Source: a virus (lineage: Duplodnaviria > Heunggongvirae > Uroviricota > Caudoviricetes). Taken from it: a stretch of DNA of 43,465 nt. Below the pieces are notes generated by a model. That model was not told the origin of the DNA and ran no database searches. It was given only the letters and a program-made list of their open reading frames with translations. A program made the translations under genes and the position numbers. The DNA is taken from the IMG/VR virus record IMGVR_UViG_2563366823_000003. One strand, given 5' to 3'. Position 1 is the first letter of the stretch, and each line of letters starts with the position of its first letter. Shown here piece by piece: positions 19,863-28,971 of this stretch.

Positions 19863-21180
19863 TCTCGATGTCCTCGTCGGTAATGGATGCCCCGATGCCG
19901 GTTACGTCAGAATTTTCGCGCAAATCAGTCATAGCGGCTTTCAGTGTCATCAGACCATCACCCAGCGCAGTACTGATTGCGTTGGTGGTGTTTAACGCCA
20001 CCGTTGAGCGATCGACATCAGACATTTGCCAGAGCGGGTTAAACTCAAACGTGAAATCGTCCGGTAGCGGCTTGCCAAGTTCCGAACGATGCATGATGTC
20101 CAGTATCCGCCGCACCGGAAGACGTAAACGTCTCTCCTGCAGCGAGCTTACCCGATCGTAATAGTTGGCAAGGTCTGCATCGCCGGTAGAAAATCCTTTC
20201 GGGGACTGTCCGAACAACCGCACCAGTGGGATACCAACAGCGCCACTAATCTGTTCTGCAAACTGCGAAAGGATGTCATCCAGACCACTGAAGCTGTACT
20301 GATGGGTTTCAAACTTATCCCGCGAGTCCATGAGCGTCATGCCTTCATTGCTCTGGAACTGTCGAATCAGGTCGATATTCTTCAGCAACGCTTCATACGC
20401 AGGACCACCAAGTGCGATAAGCTCGCGTAGCTTCTCCACGCTGTAGGTACGCAAATGCGCCTTGTAGACCAGCTGCGCCGCGCCGACAGTAGCGCTGTCG
20501 AACGCGGTAAGACGATCCCAGATACGCTCTACAACCGACATTTCCCATTCGTTCTCGGTCATCTTCTGCTGGAATGGCAGCGTGACGCCATCAAAGCGAA
20601 TCAGACGACTGTGATGAATGCGCCAGGCAGGAATTCCCGTTGCTGTGGTCACCACATCGTAAAACTCAGGTTTACCCAGGTCCGGCCCCATATCTTTAAT
20701 GCGGCGGGTCAGCACTGGGTTAATCATCCAGCGGTCGAGCGGGAGAATGCCCTTAAACTTGCCTTCTCCAATGGTTTCGAGCCGCAGCGGGGTCATTGGT
20801 GCCTGCCCCTCAATCATGATGAAACCCACCGCGCCGCCATAGAGGCGCGACCATTTCAGCACGTCATTCAGCGCATCCCAGATTTGCAACTCATCCAGTT
20901 GTGATTCGAGAATGCCGCGATCTTTTGCATCAATTTCCGAAGTGATGCGAATGCCTTTGCGGGTCATATCATCCGGGATAGCATCGACCGCTTCGCCGAT
21001 GATCCAGGACGAACGATAGGACCATTCCACCAGCATGCGGTTACGACTGGTGAAATTAGCCCGGTAGGTGGATGCTGAGTGCTGGTTAGGTGTCTGCATC
21101 CCTACGCGGGCAATAAAATTCTCATAACCATCAGCTGTGGCCTGCGCAGTTCGCCGCAGGGCTTGTTTGTTTCGTGCCAT
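19714..21180 (-). CDS. portal protein
   Basis: 488-aa ORF immediately downstream of terminase large subunit; acidic C-terminus. Confidence 0.65.
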   Translation of the reverse strand: MARNKQALRRTAQATADGYENFIARVGMQTPNQHSASTYRANFTSRNRMLVEWSYRSSWIIGEAVDAIPDDMTRKGIRITSEIDAKDRGILESQLDELQIWDALNDVLKWSRLYGGAVGFIMIEGQAPMTPLRLETIGEGKFKGILPLDRWMINPVLTRRIKDMGPDLGKPEFYDVVTTATGIPAWRIHHSRLIRFDGVTLPFQQKMTENEWEMSVVERIWDRLTAFDSATVGAAQLVYKAHLRTYSVEKLRELIALGGPAYEALLKNIDLIRQFQSNEGMTLMDSRDKFETHQYSFSGLDDILSQFAEQISGAVGIPLVRLFGQSPKGFSTGDADLANYYDRVSSLQERRLRLPVRRILDIMHRSELGKPLPDDFTFEFNPLWQMSDVDRSTVALNTTNAISTALGDGLMTLKAAMTDLRENSDVTGIGASITDEDIENAEDEAPPGIGEPDDEPQEPSGGNPVSNQPTQDSAGGRGHRKWSLRWFK

Positions 21181-22583
21181 CAGGCCTGTCTCCCCAGCTG
21201 TTCCCAGATATCCAGCGATGTATCAATTGGCGCGAAGGCCATAATGAATGCGTCAGCAACGTTTGGTGACGGTATCTCGCGTTTTGCGAGGTCTTTTTTA
21301 CTTTCGACCATCACACGTCCGTTACGGTCAAAATCGCGATGAGGTGTTGTCAGTTCCAGTTTCAGCTTTTCAAGCAACGGACAACTAGAATCTATGCTGA
21401 TCAGCTCATCCACAGGATACTTTTCTCCGTTGTTAATGGCGTTAAACGTATTTCTGAAACGGTCAGCCACCAGCCACCATGCCTGAGCCTTAAGATTTGC
21501 GAAAAAGTCTTTGTTGGGGATGCCGTTGTATTCGTCATCTGGCTCATGCACACCAGCACCGGCGTTAAACCTCTGGTAATTCACACGTCGCGCGTATGCA
21601 TTCTCGCTCTTCCGGTCAGCGTTAATTTCAGAGAATTTAGCACCGGCAGACGCACCAACACCGATAGAGTCGTAAACAATATCTGCTTCACGCTCCAGCG
21701 CCGCCTGATAAGTACGCTGGCAGCTCTTCAGTAATTCATCTTCTTTGGCCTTCCATTCGTCGGCCCAGAAAACAACGGATCCGTGACGGTAAACGTTAGC
21801 GCACTTATCTGTACCACTGTCAGCCACGTCAAAGCCAATACGCTTTCTTCCACTGGGTTCGAAATTTAACGTTTTGTGCGCATCCACTGCGGCTTCTATC
21901 CAGGACAGTTTGATGATTGCCGCATCATCATCAGACTCCGGAACGCCCTCATACACATGCTTAAAACCATCCGGATCACGGCGTCGCGCCGCGTCGATAA
22001 CCTTAAGCATGGTGTCAGACAGAAACGGATTTTCGTCGTAGTTAATTTTGCGGATGAGAGTACCTTCGGGCGGATCAACAACGAAGTTGCGCCAGACGAA
22101 ATCAGTAACAAGTCCGGGGTTGAATATGAACCAGCATTCCGAACCCTCTTTACGGATCGTTGGCTCCAGAATTTTCCACTGGTATTCCGTCAGTGCGTGG
22201 GCTTCTTCCAGCCACAACACATCGATCCCCTCCAGTGACTTAATTTCTTCGATGTTGCGCCATAATCCATAAAAAACAAATTCCGAGCCAGTAACCCGGT
22301 TAATGATTTTGTTGTTCAGAATACGGAAACGGTGCCGCAGGCCAAACCTGTCTATCTGAATTTTGAGCAGGGTATACACCGACTCTTCGATTTTATTCTG
22401 GATCTGACGGGCACAACAAAAACGCAGGGTGTATTTATTCGACAGAAATATGGCAATGCCAGCGGCATCCCATGATTTTGACGATGACCGGCCACCATAA
22501 AGCACTTTGTTACGTGCCCGCGTAGTCCAGAAACTACGTAAAGCCGGATTAAGCGTCGGTTTGGATGTCAGAGTAGAAGTCAT
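21180..22583 (-). CDS. terminase large subunit
   Basis: Walker A-like GGRSSSKSWD and nuclease-domain acidic residues; start placed at ATG 22583, the track's earlier start overlaps the small subunit more. Confidence 0.8.
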   Translation of the reverse strand: MTSTLTSKPTLNPALRSFWTTRARNKVLYGGRSSSKSWDAAGIAIFLSNKYTLRFCCARQIQNKIEESVYTLLKIQIDRFGLRHRFRILNNKIINRVTGSEFVFYGLWRNIEEIKSLEGIDVLWLEEAHALTEYQWKILEPTIRKEGSECWFIFNPGLVTDFVWRNFVVDPPEGTLIRKINYDENPFLSDTMLKVIDAARRRDPDGFKHVYEGVPESDDDAAIIKLSWIEAAVDAHKTLNFEPSGRKRIGFDVADSGTDKCANVYRHGSVVFWADEWKAKEDELLKSCQRTYQAALEREADIVYDSIGVGASAGAKFSEINADRKSENAYARRVNYQRFNAGAGVHEPDDEYNGIPNKDFFANLKAQAWWLVADRFRNTFNAINNGEKYPVDELISIDSSCPLLEKLKLELTTPHRDFDRNGRVMVESKKDLAKREIPSPNVADAFIMAFAPIDTSLDIWEQLGRQA

Positions 22584-23298
22584 TGAGGTCACGCTCTCCA
22601 TTGCCATCATCAATACCTGCATCACGGCGAAGACGATCAGCCTCCAGAGACACCTTATCAGTGGCGGCCTTGCGGTAGGCTGTATCAGCAAATATTTTTC
22701 CTACCGTCGCAAGCGTGCCAACGATGGACTCAATACGAACTGTATTGCGCATCATTGCTTTCTCGGCGGCGCTGATATTTTCCATCAGCATCTTCCTTTC
22801 CTGGTCCCCATTAGCATCTTCCAGCGACACCAACCACCGACCAATATTCTCTGCAGCGACAAGGTTGTTAGCACGAAGGCGAAATAATTCGTCCTCGAGC
22901 GTCAACGCTTTAGCATCCTCTATCACCTCATCTTTGAGCAGAAGGCGACGGGCATAACCACCGTGTTTTAATGCCTGCTGGTTACCGGGTTGGAATGGGT
23001 TAGTCGGGGGATCGGTACGCATTCCGCGTATCGGTTTCGTATCCGGTGTAGGTTCTGTTTTTGGTTGCGTACCTTTTTGTGTAAGGTCAGTAATGGCAGG
23101 CTTTCTGCTGGTACGCACTTTTCTTTTTTGCGTACCATTTTTGCAAACCTGCGTACCGCCACTGCGTACCCAACCAAGCTTTTTAGCCCTCTTCCTGATA
23201 GCCCCTTCTGTTACGCCGTATTTCTCGCCTATATCACGGAGGCTAAGGACTCCGGCCCGGTATGCCGATTCGATGGCCTCCCAGTCCGGTTTTGCCAT
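22549..23298 (-). CDS. terminase small subunit (HTH DNA-binding)
   Basis: 249 aa with N-terminal HTH-like LSLRDIGEKYGVTEGAIRKRAKKLGW, upstream of the large subunit. Confidence 0.6.
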   Translation of the reverse strand: MAKPDWEAIESAYRAGVLSLRDIGEKYGVTEGAIRKRAKKLGWVRSGGTQVCKNGTQKRKVRTSRKPAITDLTQKGTQPKTEPTPDTKPIRGMRTDPPTNPFQPGNQQALKHGGYARRLLLKDEVIEDAKALTLEDELFRLRANNLVAAENIGRWLVSLEDANGDQERKMLMENISAAEKAMMRNTVRIESIVGTLATVGKIFADTAYRKAATDKVSLEADRLRRDAGIDDGNGERDLNDFYSDIQTDA

Positions 23299-23355
23299 GA
23301 ATTTTTCCTCTTAGTGACATTATCGAAGCCCCTTATCAAAGGAGCTTCTGTAATG

Positions 23356-23541
23356 TCAGTCCCGAACGAACGTAACCTTCGTGTTTGTCGCTCGCCTTAC
23401 AAGGCGCGCCGCTTCGCGTTGCATTTCATCGATAACTTTTGGCGTCATCGGCTGATGCGCATATTTACGTTCAATCTCTGCAAAAATCCCGTTCATCGTT
23501 TCGCTGTCTGGTGGGATAACTTCAACGTTTAATCGTGCCAT
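23356..23541 (-). CDS. small hypothetical protein (~61 aa)
   Basis: ORF between lysis and terminase genes; start at internal ATG (MARLNVEV...). Confidence 0.3.
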   Translation of the reverse strand: MARLNVEVIPPDSETMNGIFAEIERKYAHQPMTPKVIDEMQREAARLVRRATNTKVTFVRD

Positions 23542-23800
23542 TGGTTTGTGCTGCCCTGTTTTTCTCAAAAGTCCTGATATCGGCCTTATCCCTGTTGCAC
23601 TGTGCTAACGCTGACAGCAACGCAACATTCAGGTTAAGGCTGGCTCCCCACGTAAACGGGTCGGGTAAATCTGGCTGGGGTGTTTCATCCGTCAGACTGG
23701 CTGGCAACGGAACGACCGGCACCGACACGTATACCGTTCGCGTATTCGTGCAACCGCTTAACTGCGCCAGAAGGAACGATACGAACAGCGCAATCATCAT
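23522..23800 (-). CDS. Rz1-like outer-membrane spanin lipoprotein
   Basis: Alternate-frame ORF overlapping the 3' end of the Rz-like gene; lipobox LSGC after a hydrophobic signal; Pro-rich mature region. Confidence 0.5.
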   Translation of the reverse strand: MMIALFVSFLLAQLSGCTNTRTVYVSVPVVPLPASLTDETPQPDLPDPFTWGASLNLNVALLSALAQCNRDKADIRTFEKNRAAQTNGTIKR

Positions 23801-24077
23801 CCGCAACAGCCACTTTGATATCTTCCTGGGTTCTCTGTGACTCCAGTGCGATCTGCTGTTTTGCATGCTGGTTAGCCTCTATAACTGTATTGATGATTTG
23901 CAGTGATTGCAGGACGTTACTGGTAATGGCTGTTGCAGATTCAGCATTTCGTACAGCCTCATCAGCACGCTCCTTTTCGTGCTGATATTTGCTGTAGTAA
24001 TGCCCGGCAGACCAGATGAAAGAACCGATGACGGTAACAAAGGAGGCAACAATAACCAGCTTATATCTCGGCTTCAT
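23685..24077 (-). CDS. Rz-like inner-membrane spanin
   Basis: 130 aa with N-terminal TM helix and coiled-coil body, directly downstream of and overlapping the endolysin. Confidence 0.6.
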   Translation of the reverse strand: MKPRYKLVIVASFVTVIGSFIWSAGHYYSKYQHEKERADEAVRNAESATAITSNVLQSLQIINTVIEANQHAKQQIALESQRTQEDIKVAVADDDCAVRIVPSGAVKRLHEYANGIRVGAGRSVASQSDG

Positions 24078-24537
24078 TTACCACCCCACCAGCTTCTTTA
24101 AATCGGGCAATCAGGTCACCGACTCTATGTTCATACTGACCGTAACCAGCACCCGGCAACGAAGCCCAGATATTGCTGCAACGGTCGATTGCCTGATGGA
24201 TATCGCCGCGGTCAATCATCGGTAAAGCACCACGCTCTTTAATCTGCTGCAATGCCACTGCGTCCTGGCTTTTCGGAGAGAAGTCTTTCAGCCCAAGCTG
24301 CTTACGGTAGGCATCCCACCAACGGGAAAGAAGCTGGTAACGTCCGGCAGCTGTTGATTTGAGTTTCGGATTTAGCATGACAAGTTTGCGGGGGTGATCG
24401 GAGTAATCAGTGAACAGTTCGCCACCGACAATAACATCATAACCGTGATTTCTGGTTTTCTGCCGTCTGTTATCTGTTCCTTCTGACCACGCCACCATAT
24501 CAAGGAAAGCTTTACGCTGGGAATTAAGTGTCTGCAT
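24061..24537 (-). CDS. R: endolysin, lambda R-type lytic transglycosylase
   Basis: 158 aa; NSQRKAFLDM.AWSEGTDN.RQKTRNHGYDVIVGGELFTDYSDHPRK matches recalled lambda R along its length. Confidence 0.9.
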   Translation of the reverse strand: MQTLNSQRKAFLDMVAWSEGTDNRRQKTRNHGYDVIVGGELFTDYSDHPRKLVMLNPKLKSTAAGRYQLLSRWWDAYRKQLGLKDFSPKSQDAVALQQIKERGALPMIDRGDIHQAIDRCSNIWASLPGAGYGQYEHRVGDLIARFKEAGGVVNEAEI

Positions 24538-24540
24538 TAA

Positions 24541-24876
24541 TTACTCCTTATGGGCACCGAACTTGTTACCGATGACCCTCATTGCTGCACCACGAATAGC
24601 ATCAACACCAATCAGCCCCACCCCACCACCAATGGCAACAGAAAGTGATTTAGGCCATCCGACATACTCAAGCGCGGATGCAAAGGTCAGCGTCAGGGCA
24701 CCACAGAGCAAAATCTCAAGCGTTTTTCGTTTCCAGCCCCCATCACCGCCAAAATAGGCGATGCGCAAACCAGCCATAACGATCGACATAATCACTGCGC
24801 CCAGCGGAGTGTCTCCACGCCACCAGCTCTGAAACAACTCCAGCCAGTCCGGCCAGGTATTTGGGTTATGAGGCAT
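24541..24876 (-). CDS. holin
   Basis: Small membrane protein upstream of the endolysin with hydrophobic segments; two in-frame starts (24900 and 24876). Confidence 0.6.
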   Translation of the reverse strand: MPHNPNTWPDWLELFQSWWRGDTPLGAVIMSIVMAGLRIAYFGGDGGWKRKTLEILLCGALTLTFASALEYVGWPKSLSVAIGGGVGLIGVDAIRGAAMRVIGNKFGAHKE

Positions 24877-25240
24877 TTCATCATCTCTCACCTCGCACAT
24901 ATCGCGGGTGCAAATTGAGGGAATAAAAAATCCCCGAATATTCCAGGAGCGGAAACGGGGAAAGGCGTTGCACTAAATGGGCCTGTCTGCGGCCTTAAAT
25001 AAAAAACCCCGGCAAATGCCGAGGTCAGTTAATCGTTGCCGCTGTGAGTGCCGCGGCGCACTATCTCTTTATCAGGCCACTTACGCGTTAAACCGGGTGC
25101 CAACCGTAACTCAGTGATGCTTTACGCTTCCTCTCCCTCACTACGTCGCCATGGGAGCCCGACCAGATTAACGCTGTCGTCGCGTTGCCAATATTTGGCA
25201 TCCAATGCATTCTTTTTATTTAGCTATTTCATTTTTCTAT

Positions 25241-25276
25241 CCGTCAGAAACAACAAAACCCGCTCAATGGCGGGTT
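25241..25276 (-). terminator. tR'-like terminator downstream of Q
   Basis: 7-bp stem aacccgc/gcgggtt followed on the minus strand by TTTTGTTGTTTCTG, ~90 nt downstream of the Q stop. Confidence 0.5.
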
Positions 25277-25359
25277 CTGGTAAAGTTCATGCGCTTGGTT
25301 CGCCTCGCGATACAGCTTTGCGAAGCATACCGGAATTGAAGCAGTTTATGCGTAAAAAA

Positions 25360-25902
25360 TCAAGCTATTTTTTGAGCAAATGATTCTCGCATGGGAATAT
25401 ATAGGGCATACTCAGCAACAGCCAACCAATTAGCAATTCGCTTTTCGCATGTGCTAAAACACCACTCAGGATGTGCATCATTTAGCAATTCAGCCATTTT
25501 GCGCTTAGCCATCCCCCGTCCTTCATACCGTTGCCGGAGGACACTAATCAATCCAGGATGCTCTGCCAGCACCTCACTTATGACTCTATCAATACATAAC
25601 GCCTCTGCATCAGTACAATGCGCCAGCCAGGTCTTTTGCTTGCCATTGATCATCTCTCGCAAAAACGCTTCCAGCTCAGGTTTCTCTATTCCCGCTTTTT
25701 TCATCCTGCGCAGGGCTTCATTGACGGCTGTTTTCGTCAATTTTTGGGATGCCAGCAACTGGTTAAACATATTTCCCGTCTTACCGCCGCCAATATACGA
25801 CCAGCGCCCCCACATGCGCAGTTTTCCCTGAATCCAGACACTTTCCAGCGTGGTGAGACGAAGGTGTTCCCCGCTTTTGCCTGTATTTGTTGGGTAAATC
25901 AT
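25360..25902 (-). CDS. late-gene antiterminator Q
   Basis: ORF upstream of the lysis cassette; ATG 25902 with AAGGAAGG upstream and ATGA overlap with the preceding gene; family from recall. Confidence 0.6.
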   Translation of the reverse strand: MIYPTNTGKSGEHLRLTTLESVWIQGKLRMWGRWSYIGGGKTGNMFNQLLASQKLTKTAVNEALRRMKKAGIEKPELEAFLREMINGKQKTWLAHCTDAEALCIDRVISEVLAEHPGLISVLRQRYEGRGMAKRKMAELLNDAHPEWCFSTCEKRIANWLAVAEYALYIPMRESFAQKIA

Positions 25903-26189
25903 AAATAACCTTCCTTTCTCCAGATTTCTTGTGTGCGAAAAACACCTTCTGCATGCATCAGGCGTAATTCTTCTTTGGTGTAATCGCTGTTTTTTACCCG
26001 CCCGTCGATTAAATCGTGGCATGAGCTACAGGCAATCGCTGCCTGCATATCGTGTGGTTTTGTCGCTGTTCCGCACGTCCCCGCCAGCCTGTAATGCGCC
26101 AGCACAGATGTTTCGGGATTGTGATTGCAGTAGCCAGGAATTCTGACGGTGCACATCTGCCCCCGCGCCGCTTTACGTAAATCCACCAT
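25899..26189 (-). CDS. YbcO-like protein (DUF1364), putative Zn-binding nuclease
   Basis: 96 aa; MVDLRKAARG...RIPGYCNHNPETSVLAH...KPHDMQAAIACSSCHD resembles recalled DLP12 YbcO. Confidence 0.6.
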   Translation of the reverse strand: MVDLRKAARGQMCTVRIPGYCNHNPETSVLAHYRLAGTCGTATKPHDMQAAIACSSCHDLIDGRVKNSDYTKEELRLMHAEGVFRTQEIWRKEGYL

Positions 26190-26788
26190 TACGCAAACTC
26201 CAGTAACTGCGCGGCCACATTTTCGACTTCCTCCGGAGAGGAAAATTTACGGAACAGTATCCAGTTCCACAGCACATTCAGTACAGATTTATAAACCTGC
26301 TGAAACTCGGTTTCGTCCATGTTCGCAAATGCGATAGATTTTGCCCTGCGCCCACGACTACCGTCCGGATAAAAATGTTCGGTGTAAAATCCGGCCTGAA
26401 TGGTTACCCATTCGCGAAAAGCGTCAAAGGACTTGAGTAAGGCCGTATCCCGGGTTCTGCAAGTCGCAACGGTGTTAAGGTATTGCTCTGCGGCATCACT
26501 CAGGGCTGGCGTATGTTCCCGACCTACTGATTCGCACAGGAAATCAACGAAACCGGACACCAGTTCTCGTTCGCGAGGCGTGATCGCCCCACCGACCGGA
26601 GTCCAGTAATCGAATCCCAGTTGCAGGAGTTTGAAAAAACGCTTGTGGAATGCGTAGTTACGCACTCGCTTAAATTCCGCGTGTATCCACTCACCTATTT
26701 TGATTTGATGTAAAAAATCGCAACTCTCCGGCGTCGCCGGGAGAAGTAATCCAGAAGAGGTTTGTTTGACCAGTTGTATATGCGCCAT
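26189..26788 (-). CDS. phage protein of the nin region (DUF1367-like)
   Basis: 199-aa ORF upstream of the ybcO-like gene; family by recall only. Confidence 0.45.
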   Translation of the reverse strand: MAHIQLVKQTSSGLLLPATPESCDFLHQIKIGEWIHAEFKRVRNYAFHKRFFKLLQLGFDYWTPVGGAITPRERELVSGFVDFLCESVGREHTPALSDAAEQYLNTVATCRTRDTALLKSFDAFREWVTIQAGFYTEHFYPDGSRGRRAKSIAFANMDETEFQQVYKSVLNVLWNWILFRKFSSPEEVENVAAQLLEFA

Positions 26789-26859
26789 CGTAGTTCTCCG
26801 CTGGCGCAGTAGAATGGGTGTTCAGCCCGTTATGTAGTATACCAGAATTAATGCCAATA

Positions 26860-27111
26860 CTAACAGGATGCTCTGACTCGCAATTCATCCTGCAGTTTAT
26901 CATTTCCCATAATGTCACTTACCCTCATCGGTAAAAAAATTGCCTTTCGACCATTACGATACATCATTGATTTTTTGGTTTCAGGGAAGTAATCCATTTC
27001 GACTATAACTGACAGGTCATCACGACGTATGACTGCATATTTGCTACTAAATGGTTTCTTTATTTTTTCCACGATGCCTCCAGGTTTATAAGTACAAACG
27101 GTTATATCCAC
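26860..27111 (-). CDS. hypothetical protein (83 aa), AT-rich
   Basis: ORF in the low-GC region next to hokD; no recognisable motifs. Confidence 0.35.
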   Translation of the reverse strand: MDITVCTYKPGGIVEKIKKPFSSKYAVIRRDDLSVIVEMDYFPETKKSMMYRNGRKAIFLPMRVSDIMGNDKLQDELRVRASC

Positions 27112-27379
27112 ATAGAGACAAAAATATTAATCTGAAAAATATTTATTTCACGTCGTATATTTGATTATTTAATGTGCAGGTGCAATGACTTTTATTTTTT
27201 GTTGTGTATATAATCAAATATATGGTTATTTTTCACCCTGCGCATTCAGCGCGCAACAAAAAACCCGCCGAAGCGCTGAGGGATCCCCATAAATCAGCGC
27301 TGAAGCGGGTTAAGTGCGGGTGCGTTGAGGATGCCTGACTCATCAGAGGTGGCGAGGGATTTCTCCCTCGCCTGGTCTC

Positions 27380-27535
27380 TTACTCCTCAGGTTCGTAAGC
27401 TGTGAAGACAGCGACCTCCGTCTGGCCGGTTCGGATTCGTACCTCGCAGAGGTCTTTCCTCGTTACCAGTGCCGTCACTATGACGGTTAAACAGATGACG
27501 ATCAGGGCGATTAACATCGCCTTTTGCTGCTTCAT
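27380..27535 (-). CDS. hokD: Hok/Gef-family membrane toxin (type I toxin-antitoxin)
   Basis: 51 aa MKQQKAMLIALIVICLTVIVTALVTRKDLCEVRIRTGQTEVAVFTAYEPEE matches recalled HokD/RelF; hairpin-rich 3' UTR and in-frame upstream extension. Confidence 0.8.
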   Translation of the reverse strand: MKQQKAMLIALIVICLTVIVTALVTRKDLCEVRIRTGQTEVAVFTAYEPEE

Positions 27536-27677
27536 AGCCTGCTTCTCCTTGCCTTTCGGCACGTAAGAGGCTAACCTACATGTGCAAAGCATGAAATTGG
27601 CCTCAGATTAATGTTAAGCGTCTTGCCGGACGCGTAATGTTAACTGGGGCTTTTCTCTATCTGCCTTTGGTGTTCGT

Positions 27678-27717
27678 GCCCGAGGCAGATAGCCTCAAGC
27701 ACCCGCCGTGATTCTAC
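27678..27717. repeat. left copy of a ~40-bp imperfect direct repeat flanking the AT-rich cargo island
   Basis: gcccgaggcagatagcctcaagcacccgccgtgattctac versus gcctgagacagacaacctcaagcacccgcagcaattctac at 29698-29737, ~82% identity. Confidence 0.6.
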
Positions 27718-27942
27718 AAAAACATTACCCACCTTTCCAGCAATTCACAACAACTCCATGCAAATAGTAAGTAGAATAATAAGTTATTAGTATTAGCAAT
27801 TTACTTAGTTTCTAATTTGTGCCAATGATTTTCATTTTTGCATGAAAAATACCTTAACATTTTATATTTACTTACTATTTGTAAGCCCCATCAGTTCTTT
27901 CTGATGGCGGCTGGTATTTCAGTTCCAGATATAGTATATGCT

Positions 27943-28971
27943 TTACGCCTTAATAGGGTTAATCACATTTCCGCTATCCGTACCATAGTATTTTTTTGTA
28001 GTCATGCCTTGTTTATAATAATCATTTAACAGTTTGAGAAAGTTTCTTCCTTGCCTCTCATCTTCTATGACTAATTTACCATGCTCATTGGTCTTAAACT
28101 CTTCGTTCTGAAACATTTTTAACACATCATTCATAGCTTGAACATCATTCTTTTCCAGAGCCGTATGGTTACCTTTCTCAGCGATATGAGTGAGAATTTT
28201 TCTCAGTGATGGCTTATGAAGAATAGCTTGTTCAATAACATCTAAACCTTCAATAAGATCAAGTTCTTTAATTGTATTTAATGTTTTTTGTGCAGCTTCT
28301 GTAAACTCAACCTCCAAGCCTACAATAGCCTCAAAACTTTTCTTATGAAATACATAAAATTGATCTTTTATATAAATACAATCGATTTTGTCATCAAAAT
28401 TGACTGCGCTGCCATCAAATGATCTTAACTCTTTATCTGTTTTATCAAACAAAGCGAATACGCGCTGAGTCATATTTTGTGGTTCATTTGTTGTGACTTT
28501 CCCCCTGCTGATTTTTCGGAAAGAATAAGTGACGTCAGCCCCCTTTTGGACTTTAATACAATAGGCCCACAAATCATTCTGAACCTCAGCAAGAGAGGTA
28601 AGTACAACTGGTTTATCATTCTTTATATCGTTATTAATAACTTTTGAAAACGATATCGCGTTATTCATAGCATAGGCATAAATCTTATTGTCAATATCAT
28701 CATCAATAACAGTATACTTTTTCATCACAATATCATCTTTCGAAGCATGAGAAATAATCTGGTTTGATAAAGTATACTTAAAAAATTTAGCAATATCTGG
28801 AGCGATAGGAGCTTTAATGATTTTAAAATCGAATTTATCAACAACTCTTGCGGTTCTACTCATACCCGCTTTAAGATGTCTAGTAATGAAATACAACGAT
28901 ATTTTCGCCGCATCATCATCCTTAAGTTGCTCAGCATACTCTAATAATTCTTCAAGCTTTAACATTTTCAT
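27943..28971 (-). CDS. 342-aa soluble hypothetical protein; candidate defence effector (KwaB-like?)
   Basis: Very AT-rich ORF; its ATG overlaps the stop of the upstream membrane ORF (ATGA); Kiwa assignment is hypothesis only. Confidence 0.55.
   Translation of the reverse strand: MKMLKLEELLEYAEQLKDDDAAKISLYFITRHLKAGMSRTARVVDKFDFKIIKAPIAPDIAKFFKYTLSNQIISHASKDDIVMKKYTVIDDDIDNKIYAYAMNNAISFSKVINNDIKNDKPVVLTSLAEVQNDLWAYCIKVQKGADVTYSFRKISRGKVTTNEPQNMTQRVFALFDKTDKELRSFDGSAVNFDDKIDCIYIKDQFYVFHKKSFEAIVGLEVEFTEAAQKTLNTIKELDLIEGLDVIEQAILHKPSLRKILTHIAEKGNHTALEKNDVQAMNDVLKMFQNEEFKTNEHGKLVIEDERQGRNFLKLLNDYYKQGMTTKKYYGTDSGNVINPIKA

Noticed and set aside
24900-25360. Possible tRNA gene between Q and the lysis genes
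   Set aside because: No cloverleaf-compatible segment with acceptor stem and T-arm consensus found by eye
25048-25383. 111-aa plus-strand ORF in the Q-holin intergenic region
   Set aside because: Antisense to late transcription across a terminator/leader region; Ser/Arg-rich low-complexity product
27536-27592. In-frame N-terminal extension of hokD as a separate mok gene
   Set aside because: In the track it is the same frame as hok and begins with a non-ATG codon; cannot tell from sequence whether it is translated
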